DNA of 64,000 bases, taken from assembly GCA_963727525.1 (NCBI GenBank), contig CAVSGO010000007.1, positions 224,001-288,000 of the forward strand, given 5' to 3'. Shown one piece after another: positions 8,060 to 16,901 of the stretch (positions are counted from its first letter, which is position 1; the number at the start of each line of letters is the position of its first letter). Both the position numbers and the translations under genes were made by a program. The notes under the pieces are model-generated. The model worked only from the letters and a program-made list of their open reading frames with translations. It searched no databases and was not told the DNA's origin. The DNA comes from an uncultured bacterium (GTDB taxonomy: Bacteria > Krumholzibacteriota > Krumholzibacteriia > LZORAL124-64-63).

Positions 8060-10978
8060 ATGCCGACCTGTGAACAGCTGCTATTCGGCAACCGACCCGA
8101 CGCCGAGCCAGGCCGCGATGTCCTGGGATGTTCACCGGGCATGGAGACCGAGTGTGCCCGCGAGGTCGTGCATCTGTGCGAGGGCTGGGGCGCAGGGCCT
8201 CCCGAGGGTTTGCGGCGCGCCGTGCTGATGTCGGCGCCGTTGAAAGCGCACCTGTCGGGTCTGCCGGGCCGACTCTTCGCCGTCGTCCGCATCGCGTGCG
8301 GTTTGCGGCCGCTCTACCACGCGTTCGTGATGACGGAGGGGGCGTTCGCGGAATTTGCACGCAATCCGTACGCCGTCGCAAGCACGGGCGTGTTCATGGA
8401 TTCCTTCAAGCCGGGGCCCCTGCTCAGCCGCGTCGTCATCGAACCGCCGCAGCCCTGCAGTCTGCCGACACCTGTCCCTGGCGACGTCGGTTTCGTCGAC
8501 GAGGGGCTGCGCACGGCGATCGCCAACCAGCAGCTCCACCTGCCGCTGGAGTTTCCGACCGAGGAGAGCGATCGCTACCTGTCGCTCCTGATCGCCGCGC
8601 TGCCGAAGCTCATGCGCCGCGACCTGCGCTTCGTCTCCTGGGCGCCGGTGGGACGCAACACGTATACGCTGGCCGCCACCCAGCTCGAGGCCGCGCTCTT
8701 TCGTGGCTGGAAACCGTATCTGATGTCGAGCGCCGTGGGAACGCTGCACGAATCTGCGCAGCGCTATGTCGACAACGTGCGGCTTCGCCTCGGCGACGGC
8801 GATTTCGTGGCGCTGCTGGACGGAGCCGATCGCGCCGTCATCGAGCTCGGCGTGAAGCCGGAGAATCCGGCGCTCAAGGCCAAGAACACATTCGCGGCCA
8901 TGGCCATCGCCGACGCGCGCCCGAAGGACGGCCCGCGGCCGAGGCAGCGTGGACGCCTGCTGCCGCCGACCACGCGTCCGGTCTCGGAGGCCATGCCGTC
9001 GGCCCGCCGCCCGGGACCACGACCGGCCGCGCGTTACCGGCCGCCGCGGCGGGCCTCGCTCTCCTGGACGCGTCGAGCCCTCGCGGGTCTACTCGTTCTC
9101 GGCATCGTCGGCACCGGCGGCTACCAGCTCTGGTGCTACGGCCTGTGGGGGCGCCTGCCCGGCGTCCGCATCAGCGCGAGCGTGAGTCTGCACACGAATC
9201 CCAGCAATGGCGTCCTCGACGTGGGGCGGATGCACGACGACGCGTTGCGCCAGTGGGGCGGGGCCGCGCTCGGTGACCATGACCCCGGCGATCACGTGCT
9301 CCGTTTCTCTCAGGAAGCCGTGCAGCAAGCCCAGCTACTCCTCGACGCGCAGGGCGAGGCCTATGTCGAGCAGGTCGGTGCCACGCTGGCCAGCGGCGGT
9401 CGCGGCGACATCCACGCCGCCGGCGAGGCGCTGCCCGCCGGCAAGCTCGTGACCAAGGGCACGGCGCTCACCCGCGAGCTGCGCCGGCTCGCTCTCGCAA
9501 GGGTGTCCCTGCTCGACGGTGCGCACTGGCGCGACCTGTCTCGCCTCGACGCGCGCGACCTGGCCGCGCGCTACGATTCGGTGGCCCACGCGCGGGCCGG
9601 CGGCCAGCCGGACGCCTTCTGGACCTCCGTGGACGACCGGCTCCACGGCGTCGACCGTGCGTGCCGGCACGTGGCGGCGCTGGATCGTGTCCAGACATTG
9701 CTCGCGGAATCCCACTGGCGTGACCGCTGGCCCGACGATGTGGAACAGGCCTCTCGCAACCTCGCGACCGCCCAGGGCGCCGGAGCGCGAGCCTGGCTGG
9801 AGGCTGCCCATGCGCTCGTGGGCACCAAGCGTGCCGAACGGAGCATCGGCGTCGCCGAGGCTGCCCTGTCCGTCGACGATCCCACGGTCGTCTGGCATGG
9901 CGGACCGATCGCCGTCCTCTTACCCGAACTGCGCCGTGCCCTGGGCGGATTCCCGGACGGCGGGCCGCCGCCCCTGTTGCGCGATACGACCCGCTTCTAC
10001 GACGATCTGGCCGCCGGATGGGATGCGCTCGACACGGCGGCTCCCGATCAACTGGCCGCGACGATCCGCACGCTTCGCCAGAATCCCGTGCTCGCATACG
10101 ATCCGCAGACCTATGACGATCACGTGGCGCGACTCGGTGTGGCGATGGTCGCCAGCTTGCGCACCCGCGGGATGCCGGTCGAATCCATGCCCGAGTCGCT
10201 GTTTCCTCAGGGTCAGCGGCAGGAAACCGTGTTTTTCCTCGCGGCGGTCGCTGAGGGACGGCGTAGCGACGGCTGGCGCGACCTGGCTCAGCAGTGTCAG
10301 GTCCCCTTCTTCGTCCGCTGGGCCGAGGGGCTTTCCCAGCGCGCGGCGGCCACGCGCCAGGCCCGCGACGACGCCTTCGATGCGGGCTACCAGCAGCTCC
10401 AGGATGCGTACGGAGCGCTGACGACCACGGTACTGAGCGGCAGCGATCCCTTGCCGGCCGCGCACGCTCTCGCGCAGCGAGCGGCCGACCTCCTGCGCGA
10501 CACGCCGGGCGGTTTCAGCGACGATCCGCTCCACCGCGAACGCTGGTTGCGCGTGCAGTTGCTCCACAGCACGTTGACGACGCCCCTGCCCCTGGATCTG
10601 GCGACCGTCACAGTACGCCGCGATCAGGCGGCATCGAGCGCGCCGGATTCGGTCGTCGTCGAGATCACGATGCCGGGCTGCGTGCCGCTCACCTCCGCGC
10701 CATGCGTGCTTGGGCCGTCGGCGCCGGCCGGAACCGGTTGGGTCGGAACCGCGCAAGCGCCCTGGCGTCTGCGGCCTGCACCCGGCGACCGGATCCAGCT
10801 CCGTGTGCTGAGCGCGGCCGACGGTGCCGAGGTCTGCCATGTCGCATACGCGCCCTGGCTCGACGAAGGCAGCGAGAAGGATCTGCAGCGCCCGCGTAGC
10901 GTCTCCGGAGGCAGCGTGGCCATACGACTCGAGACGGACTACTGGGCGTCGCTCCTGGACCTCGATCTCTCGAACTGA
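8060..10978 (+). CDS. Large hypothetical bitopic membrane protein (972 aa); N-terminus possibly GAP1-N-like
   Basis: Long ORF with GAGG RBS; globular N-terminal region, Pro/Arg-rich linker, one hydrophobic helix (ALAGLLVLGIVGTGGY), long helical C-terminal region. Confidence 0.7.
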   Translation: MPTCEQLLFGNRPDAEPGRDVLGCSPGMETECAREVVHLCEGWGAGPPEGLRRAVLMSAPLKAHLSGLPGRLFAVVRIACGLRPLYHAFVMTEGAFAEFARNPYAVASTGVFMDSFKPGPLLSRVVIEPPQPCSLPTPVPGDVGFVDEGLRTAIANQQLHLPLEFPTEESDRYLSLLIAALPKLMRRDLRFVSWAPVGRNTYTLAATQLEAALFRGWKPYLMSSAVGTLHESAQRYVDNVRLRLGDGDFVALLDGADRAVIELGVKPENPALKAKNTFAAMAIADARPKDGPRPRQRGRLLPPTTRPVSEAMPSARRPGPRPAARYRPPRRASLSWTRRALAGLLVLGIVGTGGYQLWCYGLWGRLPGVRISASVSLHTNPSNGVLDVGRMHDDALRQWGGAALGDHDPGDHVLRFSQEAVQQAQLLLDAQGEAYVEQVGATLASGGRGDIHAAGEALPAGKLVTKGTALTRELRRLALARVSLLDGAHWRDLSRLDARDLAARYDSVAHARAGGQPDAFWTSVDDRLHGVDRACRHVAALDRVQTLLAESHWRDRWPDDVEQASRNLATAQGAGARAWLEAAHALVGTKRAERSIGVAEAALSVDDPTVVWHGGPIAVLLPELRRALGGFPDGGPPPLLRDTTRFYDDLAAGWDALDTAAPDQLAATIRTLRQNPVLAYDPQTYDDHVARLGVAMVASLRTRGMPVESMPESLFPQGQRQETVFFLAAVAEGRRSDGWRDLAQQCQVPFFVRWAEGLSQRAAATRQARDDAFDAGYQQLQDAYGALTTTVLSGSDPLPAAHALAQRAADLLRDTPGGFSDDPLHRERWLRVQLLHSTLTTPLPLDLATVTVRRDQAASSAPDSVVVEITMPGCVPLTSAPCVLGPSAPAGTGWVGTAQAPWRLRPAPGDRIQLRVLSAADGAEVCHVAYAPWLDEGSEKDLQRPRSVSGGSVAIRLETDYWASLLDLDLSN

Positions 10979-11057
10979 ACATCAGCGTTCACGCAACCTA
11001 TCCCGTGGTGCGGCGTACGATCCCGGATCGACGTCACTTGCACCAGGGAGGCCCAGC

Positions 11058-11642
11058 ATGTCCAGGACGCTGACAACCAGGACGCTCAAAACCAGCGCGC
11101 TCACTGCCGCCGTCCTCTTCGTCGTCATCGTTGGTCCAATGGGCCGACCCGCGTCCGCCGCCACCGACGACCAGCTCGTGGTCATCACCGACGACGGCCA
11201 GCCGACGACCGTCACCGTGCACGATGGCACGTTGACCGTCGTCACCGGCACGGGCGATGACGCCACCGTCCACGAGGTGGACCTGACGGGTCTCGGCGAG
11301 CTGGTGGGCGAGGCGGTGACGCAGGCGCTGGCCGGGCTCGACGGGGCGTTCGCCGGCCTCGCCGATATGGACGTCGACATCCACGTCCGGCCCGAACATC
11401 AGCTCGTGCTGGATATCGACGGCGGCACGACGGTGATCGATCTGGGCGAGGTCATGGCCCAGGTCGACGATGCCCTGGCCGCCGTGCGGTCCGAGGTCGC
11501 CTGCATCGGCGAGCAGCAGCGGGAACACGACGGCGCTGCATCGCTCCACCGCGAGTCGCGGCGGCTGCGGCGCCAGATCGCCGAGCTCGAGGAGCAGATC
11601 CAGGAGACGAAGGAAGAACTGGCGGCCCAGGATCGCCGCTAG
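11058..11642 (+). CDS. Secreted hypothetical protein with C-terminal coiled coil
   Basis: GGAGG RBS, signal peptide ending PASA, heptad tail RRLRRQIAELEEQIQETKEEL. Confidence 0.7.
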   Translation: MSRTLTTRTLKTSALTAAVLFVVIVGPMGRPASAATDDQLVVITDDGQPTTVTVHDGTLTVVTGTGDDATVHEVDLTGLGELVGEAVTQALAGLDGAFAGLADMDVDIHVRPEHQLVLDIDGGTTVIDLGEVMAQVDDALAAVRSEVACIGEQQREHDGAASLHRESRRLRRQIAELEEQIQETKEELAAQDRR

Positions 11643-11689
11643 AACGTGACGATCGCCAGGGCCAGACCATCGCGAGAACGCGAGCATTG

Positions 11690-12448
11690 CTAGCGGTCGC
11701 CGGAAACGAGCTTCCCCTGTGCGGTGTCCGGGTGCCCGGCTTCCCCCTTGGCCGGCGGCACCGCCAGGGGGAGTTCGAGCAGTTGCAGTGGGTGCGTGAT
11801 GTGCCAGTCGGCCTCCGCCAGTTCGTCGGCTCCACCGAATCCGTAGAGGCAACCCACCGTCCGAGCCCCCATGGCCTGCCCGGCCTCGATGTCGTGGATC
11901 CGGTCGCCCACCACCACGGCTCGTTCGAAACCGCGCGCCAGGTGCTTCACCATGCCCCGCTTGTGCCGCGCCACGCGGGACCGCACCGCGTGCTCCAGAG
12001 ACAGCGCCCGGTCGAAGTAGCGGCCGAGGCGATGCACGTCGACGACCGCGCGGAAGTAAGGCTCGCATGCGTTGCTGAACAGAGCCATCCGGTGCCCGCG
12101 CTCGTGCAGGGTCGCGAGCATCTCCTCGGCACCCTCGTACAGGACGGTCTCGCCGTGCTGCAGAGCCGCGACCTCGGCGCGGGTGGATCGCACCTCGAAC
12201 TCTCCCGCGAAGACGTCGTGCAGGTCGGACGGCACGGTCTCGGGGTCGAAAGCCATGCGGAAGAACGTGGAAGAGGGAAGACCCATGGACAGGCTGATGC
12301 GGTCGCGATCGGGTTCGCACGCAGGCAGCAGGAAATGCCGGTAGGCTTCCTGCAAGCCCGTGATCACGGCGTCGATGACCGCCTGGCGACCATCCATCAG
12401 GGTTCCGTCGGTGTCGAAGACGAGGGTGAGGTCGGCGGCTGCGGTCAT
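11690..12448 (-). CDS. HAD-superfamily hydrolase
   Basis: Motif I VFDTDGTL, motif II FSN, motif IV VGDRIHDIEAG, GCLYGFG. Confidence 0.9.
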   Translation of the reverse strand: MTAAADLTLVFDTDGTLMDGRQAVIDAVITGLQEAYRHFLLPACEPDRDRISLSMGLPSSTFFRMAFDPETVPSDLHDVFAGEFEVRSTRAEVAALQHGETVLYEGAEEMLATLHERGHRMALFSNACEPYFRAVVDVHRLGRYFDRALSLEHAVRSRVARHKRGMVKHLARGFERAVVVGDRIHDIEAGQAMGARTVGCLYGFGGADELAEADWHITHPLQLLELPLAVPPAKGEAGHPDTAQGKLVSGDR

Positions 12449-12451
12449 GCG

Positions 12452-12682
12452 TCAACTCCCGGCAATGAGATCGAGTCGATCGAAGATCTCCGCGTCCTCG
12501 GGGAACCGGCCACATTTCTTCTTCGAGAAGATCAGCGTGCCGTCCACCAGGACCTCGAAGACACCTCCACTGGATGGGATCATTTCGCTCTCGACGCCGT
12601 AGCGCTCCTTGAGGCGTGCTGCCAGACCGGCAGCGGTGGGTTCGTAATTTCAGACCTGACAGTATTCGATCGCGATGTGCAT
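12452..12682 (-). CDS. Rdx (SelW/SelT/SelH) family selenoprotein, CxxU, 76 aa; UGA at 12650-12652 read as Sec
   Basis: MHIAIEYCQV-U-NYEPTAAGLAARLKERYGVESEMIPSSGGVFEVLVDGTLIFSKKKCGRFPEDAEIFDRLDLIAGS*; family motifs IEYC..U, GG.FEV.VDG..IFSK, GRFP continue past the UGA; GGAGGTGA RBS; SECIS downstream. Confidence 0.9.
12618..12634 (-). promoter_or_regulatory. Bacterial SECIS hairpin
   Basis: GCUGCC-GGUCU-GGCAGC (perfect 6-bp stem) starting 15 nt after the UGA; GGUCU also sits at the apex of the E. coli fdhF SECIS. Confidence 0.8.
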
Positions 12683-12699
12683 GCCATCACCTCCCGATT

Positions 12700-13872
12700 T
12701 CAGAACTGCAGGAGCGGCTTTGGCCACGCCGCCAGCGTCTCCTCGAACCCGGCCGGCGTGAAGTCGTCGATATGCACCACGGGCGCCTCGCCACCGCCGA
12801 GGATGACGTCGAGGATGCGGTCGTGGATGCCGTTGCCGCGGTCCTCGAGCAGGTTGCGCGTGATGTACCAGTCGGCGAACAGACGCCGTCCGATGACGGA
12901 TCGCAACGTCAGACCGTTGACGATGACGCGGTCGAAGGCCTGGATCCTGAAGCTGCCCTGCTTCAATCCGAACAGGATAACGTCGCCGCCACGGCGCGTC
13001 GACTGGATGGCATTGTTCACGCTCGTATTGTATCCGGCCATCTCCAGGCTGATGTCGGCGCCGCCGCCGCCAAACGCGGCACGCACGTCGTTCACCAGTT
13101 CCCGATCGGCGGTCCAGCCGTTCTTCGCCACCCGCGTCGGATCCAGCGGAATGACATCGTCCGCGCCGAGGCGCCGTGCCATCTCGATGTTGTGCGGCGA
13201 CGGCTCGATACCGATCACGCGCGTGGCGCCGAGTGCGCGCGCGACCATGATCGCGAACAGGCCGATCGTGCCGCAGCCGAATATGGCCACTGATTGACCG
13301 CGCATGTCGGCCACCTGACAGGCGTGCACTGCATTGCCGAAGGGCTCCTGGACGGCGGCCACCTCGAGCTTGATCTTGCGCGCATCGGTGGGCCACAGGG
13401 TCTGCGCCGGCAACTTGATGTACTCCGCGAAGCATCCGTCCTGACCGATGCCGATGATGATGTCATTGGCGCAGATGTGCGTCTGCCCGATGCGGCACTG
13501 GTAGCACACGTTGCAGATGATGTGCGATTCGGTCGTGACGATGTCCTTGGGTCGATATCCGTAACGGGCGGCGGCCCGTGGACCGACCTCGACGATCTCA
13601 CCCACCATCTCGTGCCCGATGGTCCGCACCGTGCGCTGCTCGCGCTTGAGGCTCTCGAAGATCATTCCCTTGAACGCGACACGGTTCCAGATGCCACGGT
13701 CGCTGCCGCAGAACCCGGAGTAGATGACCTTCACGATCACCTTGTCGGCGTCGCCGGGATCGGCGGAGTCGAGAACCGGGCGCGAAATTTCCCGACGCTC
13801 GAATCCGCGGGTGGTATCCCACGGCATGGAGGACTTGTCGTAGACCAGGGCCTTCATCGTTGCGGGCTGCAC
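12700..13872 (-). CDS. tdh: Zinc-dependent MDR dehydrogenase, L-threonine 3-dehydrogenase-like
   Basis: GFCGSD, GHEMVG, TTESHIICNVCYQC..GQTHIC, QEPFGNAVH, IFGCGTIGL. Confidence 0.75.
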   Translation of the reverse strand: MQPATMKALVYDKSSMPWDTTRGFERREISRPVLDSADPGDADKVIVKVIYSGFCGSDRGIWNRVAFKGMIFESLKREQRTVRTIGHEMVGEIVEVGPRAAARYGYRPKDIVTTESHIICNVCYQCRIGQTHICANDIIIGIGQDGCFAEYIKLPAQTLWPTDARKIKLEVAAVQEPFGNAVHACQVADMRGQSVAIFGCGTIGLFAIMVARALGATRVIGIEPSPHNIEMARRLGADDVIPLDPTRVAKNGWTADRELVNDVRAAFGGGGADISLEMAGYNTSVNNAIQSTRRGGDVILFGLKQGSFRIQAFDRVIVNGLTLRSVIGRRLFADWYITRNLLEDRGNGIHDRILDVILGGGEAPVVHIDDFTPAGFEETLAAWPKPLLQF

Positions 13873-13972
13873 GCACGAAACCTCCGGTTAGGCACCGCCT
13901 GGGCAGGGACGGGGAAATCGTCCGGGTCCTTTATGGAGCAGCGCCAAGGTAGAAGGTTCACCCCGCGGAGGC

Positions 13973-14005
13973 AATAACAACGGCGACCGGGGGGACCGGT
14001 CGCCG
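13973..14005 (-). terminator. Intrinsic terminator after parA-like gene
   Basis: CGGCGACCGG/CCGGTCGCCG 10-bp stem (13981-14005) followed on the minus strand by TTGTTATT. Confidence 0.65.
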
Positions 14006-14035
14006 ATATCCTCGCGCGCGGCGGGCCGCGTCCAA

Positions 14036-15238
14036 CTAGTTGAAACGACTATTGGTCCAGCCCTCGTCCCAGTCGCCATCCTTTTCTCCCCGCTCCTCCT
14101 CCGCCAGCAGATCGTCGAGCGAGAGCATGTCCGGCCCGGAGAACTCGTCGGGCATGGGGACCACGGGCTGCCGGAGCGCGCCGCTGGCGCGGAGTTCGCC
14201 GAGCAGGCGGTCGAGGCCGCCGCCACCGAGCGCGCCGCCGGTCGGAGTCACGGCGCGGACGGTTCCGTCCAGTGAGGAGAGTGCCGTGGCGCGCGGGAGC
14301 GCGTCGCGTTCGTCGGGGAGTTCCGGGGTATCGGGCACGGTGTCCGGCGTCGGGACACATTCTTTCTCGCAGTAGCGCATGACGACCTCGTCGGCGAGGT
14401 CGAAGTAGGCACGGCTGCCGGCCGATCGACGGTCGTAGATCACCGCCGGCTTGCCACGCAGCGCCATCTCGCTGAGGCGGGTGGTGCGGGGCACGGCGGC
14501 GGCGAACATCACGGGTCCGAATTCCGACGCCACCCGGGCCGAAACGTGGCGACTCATCCGTGTGCGGTCATTGACCATCGTCAGGAAGATGCCCTCGATC
14601 TCCAGGGGGCGCTCGTCATTCTCGTCGAAGGTGGCGCTGGGACTGAAGACCCGGTCCCGGAACGCATCCACCGAGCCGATGAGGGGACCGACCGAATCGC
14701 GGCAGAGTTCCTCCGCCTGCACCGGCACGAGGTAGCTGTCCGACGCGAGCAGAGCGGCGCGTGTCGGCTGGGATAGCCCCGGCGGACAGTCGATGAGGAT
14801 CGTGTCGTAAAGATTACGCGCACGATCGATCTGGGCGACGAAGTGGTCGGCCTTCTCGTGCATCGCGGCGATGAAACGCTCCTCCTCCTCGAGGCAGGAG
14901 ATGCGCGGCGACACGAAAAACAGATTCTTGAGCGTCGATGTGTGGGCGAGGTGTGTCAACGGCACGTTCCGGTCGAACATGCTGAGGAGACCGTCGTCGA
15001 GATCGCTGACAGCGTAGCCGAGCGAGCGGCTGACGCCGCACTGCGGATCCACGCCGACGATCAGGACGGTGTGGCCCGAGAGCGCGAGGGCGGCACCGAG
15101 GTTCACCGTCGACGTCGTCTTGCCGACGCCACCCTTGCGGCTGACGAGACTGATCACGCGGGCAGAGACGGTGTTCCAAGGTGTGCGGCGCTTCGGGGCG
15201 CCGGTAGATGTCGGTGTGGCGTGGCTGTCGTGCTCCAT
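14036..15238 (-). CDS. ParA/Soj family ATPase with about 100-aa acidic C-terminal extension
   Basis: Deviant Walker A KGGVGKTT, VDPQ, LIDCPPGL, PVQAE, LTMVN.RT. Confidence 0.9.
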   Translation of the reverse strand: MEHDSHATPTSTGAPKRRTPWNTVSARVISLVSRKGGVGKTTSTVNLGAALALSGHTVLIVGVDPQCGVSRSLGYAVSDLDDGLLSMFDRNVPLTHLAHTSTLKNLFFVSPRISCLEEEERFIAAMHEKADHFVAQIDRARNLYDTILIDCPPGLSQPTRAALLASDSYLVPVQAEELCRDSVGPLIGSVDAFRDRVFSPSATFDENDERPLEIEGIFLTMVNDRTRMSRHVSARVASEFGPVMFAAAVPRTTRLSEMALRGKPAVIYDRRSAGSRAYFDLADEVVMRYCEKECVPTPDTVPDTPELPDERDALPRATALSSLDGTVRAVTPTGGALGGGGLDRLLGELRASGALRQPVVPMPDEFSGPDMLSLDDLLAEEERGEKDGDWDEGWTNSRFN

Positions 15239-15354
15239 CGATGCATCTCCTTGCCAGAGATGAAAGCTGACCCAAAGGAACGAACCGGAACTGCAAAATA
15301 TCCGATCCGACCCCCATTAGACAAGTCTATTTCCGGGAAGGCGCCCCCCGCTGT

Positions 15355-16017
15355 TCAGGCGAGGAGTTCCTGGAGGTCGGCAACGAGCCTCGCGGCGCCG
15401 TCGAAAACCTCGGTGATCGTGCTTGCGACCATGTAGGCTGGCGTGGTGACCATGAGGTTCGGGCGGTCGATCACCGTGTCGGTGACGGCGCAGTCCTGGT
15501 GTCGGGCGCCCATGGCGACGATGGCGGCTGCCGTGTCCCGATCGTTGCCGATGGTGACCGTCGGGTGGGCGGTGGCGCCGAAGACGCGTGCCAGGATCAC
15601 GGGAGCGATGCACATCGCCGCGATGGGCTTGCGCGTATCGTACGTGGATCGCAGGAGCGCGGCCACCGGCGGGTGCACGGCACACGCGGCGCCGCGGACG
15701 GCGAAATCGCAGAGGTTCTTGGCTGCGCCGTAACCGCCTGGAAGCAGGACGGCATCGATGGCATCGACCCGGACCTCGGCGAGGTCGCGGATCTTGCCGC
15801 GCGCGATGCGGGCCGATTCCGCGAGCACGTCGCGGCTCTGGTTGCCGATCGGCTGGCCGGTGGCATGATCGATCACGTGCCGCTGGGGCATACGCGGCGC
15901 GCAGATTACCGGATCGAGACCTGCACGGGTGAGGGCCAGCAGAGCTGCGCAGGCTTCTTGAATCTCCGTGCCGTCCATGACGCCGCAGCCGCTGAGGATC
16001 ACCGCGACCTTCTTCAT
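15355..16017 (-). CDS. elbB: Glyoxalase ElbB / ES1-like (DJ-1/PfpI superfamily)
   Basis: MKKVAVILSGCGVMDGTEIQE, RDVLAESARIARG, PGGYGAAKNLCDFA, MCIAP, TTPAYM; start moved to 16017. Confidence 0.9.
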   Translation of the reverse strand: MKKVAVILSGCGVMDGTEIQEACAALLALTRAGLDPVICAPRMPQRHVIDHATGQPIGNQSRDVLAESARIARGKIRDLAEVRVDAIDAVLLPGGYGAAKNLCDFAVRGAACAVHPPVAALLRSTYDTRKPIAAMCIAPVILARVFGATAHPTVTIGNDRDTAAAIVAMGARHQDCAVTDTVIDRPNLMVTTPAYMVASTITEVFDGAARLVADLQELLA

Positions 16018-16143
16018 AGTGTATCCTTTCTGCCAGCGTGGGCCGACCGCGAGGTCGAGCTCGATGTCCCCCTCGGCCATGAAGCGCCACCGGACGGGTG
16101 CTGTCAACCCCGTGGCGCCGCGTAGCCCGGACAGAGCCGGCGG

Positions 16144-16194
16144 CCGACCTGGGATGGGTGCCGACCTGGGGTGGGTGACGACTTGGAGTTTGTG
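16144..16194. repeat. Three tandem degenerate 17-bp units in a divergent intergenic region
   Basis: CCGACCTGGGATGGGTG / CCGACCTGGGGTGGGTG / ACGACTTGGAGTTTGTG. Confidence 0.6.
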
Positions 16195-16273
16195 CGGGAG
16201 GGATCGGCGCATAACTTTGACCGCATGCCAGGTCGGACCCCGGCCGTAGCCCCTCAACCAGGAGACGCGCAGC

Positions 16274-16750
16274 ATGACCGGCAAGATCGCCATCGGCGGG
16301 ATCACGAGAACAGACAATCTCGTACTCGTTCGCGTGCTCGGGGCCCCACTGGGCCGCCCATTCGTGGGGCGGGTCCTCACGGCGCTCGGCCATGCCGGTA
16401 TCAACGTGCTATGCGTGGCCTCGTTCGTCGACACCGGGAAGCGCGCCAACCTGTGCCTGGCCATCACCCACGGTGACCTCGATCAGGCGTTGGGACTGTT
16501 GCAGGATATCCGCGACGAAGTGGGGGCCGAACGCGTCGAGACGCAGCGCGGCTGCAGCGCGATCTCGGTGTATGGGCCGCAGTTCAGCAGCAGTCCGGCC
16601 ATCGGCGGTCGCATCTTCGATGCCACCGCGGGCGCCGGCGTGAGCGTGCACATGATCAGCTCGTCGTTCACGACGATCGCGTTTCTGGTGGATATGGAGT
16701 GTGCCGACGCGGCCGTCGCCCAACTACGGGAGACATTCCTCGTTCCCTGA
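16274..16750 (+). CDS. Stand-alone tandem ACT-domain protein (aspartokinase beta-subunit-like)
   Basis: AGGAG RBS; two ACT repeats (ALGHAGINV; ISVYGPQF...GVSVHMISSS..TIAFLV). Confidence 0.8.
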   Translation: MTGKIAIGGITRTDNLVLVRVLGAPLGRPFVGRVLTALGHAGINVLCVASFVDTGKRANLCLAITHGDLDQALGLLQDIRDEVGAERVETQRGCSAISVYGPQFSSSPAIGGRIFDATAGAGVSVHMISSSFTTIAFLVDMECADAAVAQLRETFLVP

Positions 16751-16901
16751 CTTGGACCTGGACGGTCGTTGATGCGGCCGGAAGTGCCCATTCCGGACCC
16801 ATTCCCCATTGTGCCGACGCCACGTTGCGTCAGCCCATGCCAACGGTTCACCATCGGCATCCGCGTCTCCACCCGCCGGTCGCCGATCTCCCGAGCACAA
16901 C

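Noticed and set aside
12683-13435. 261-aa ORF ending in IEYCQV
   Set aside because: Only the last 10 codons are real (start of the selenoprotein). The rest is an alternative frame of the tdh-like gene.
16144-16194. Possible mini-CRISPR
   Set aside because: Units are 17 bp, directly adjacent and degenerate, with no spacers and no cas genes.
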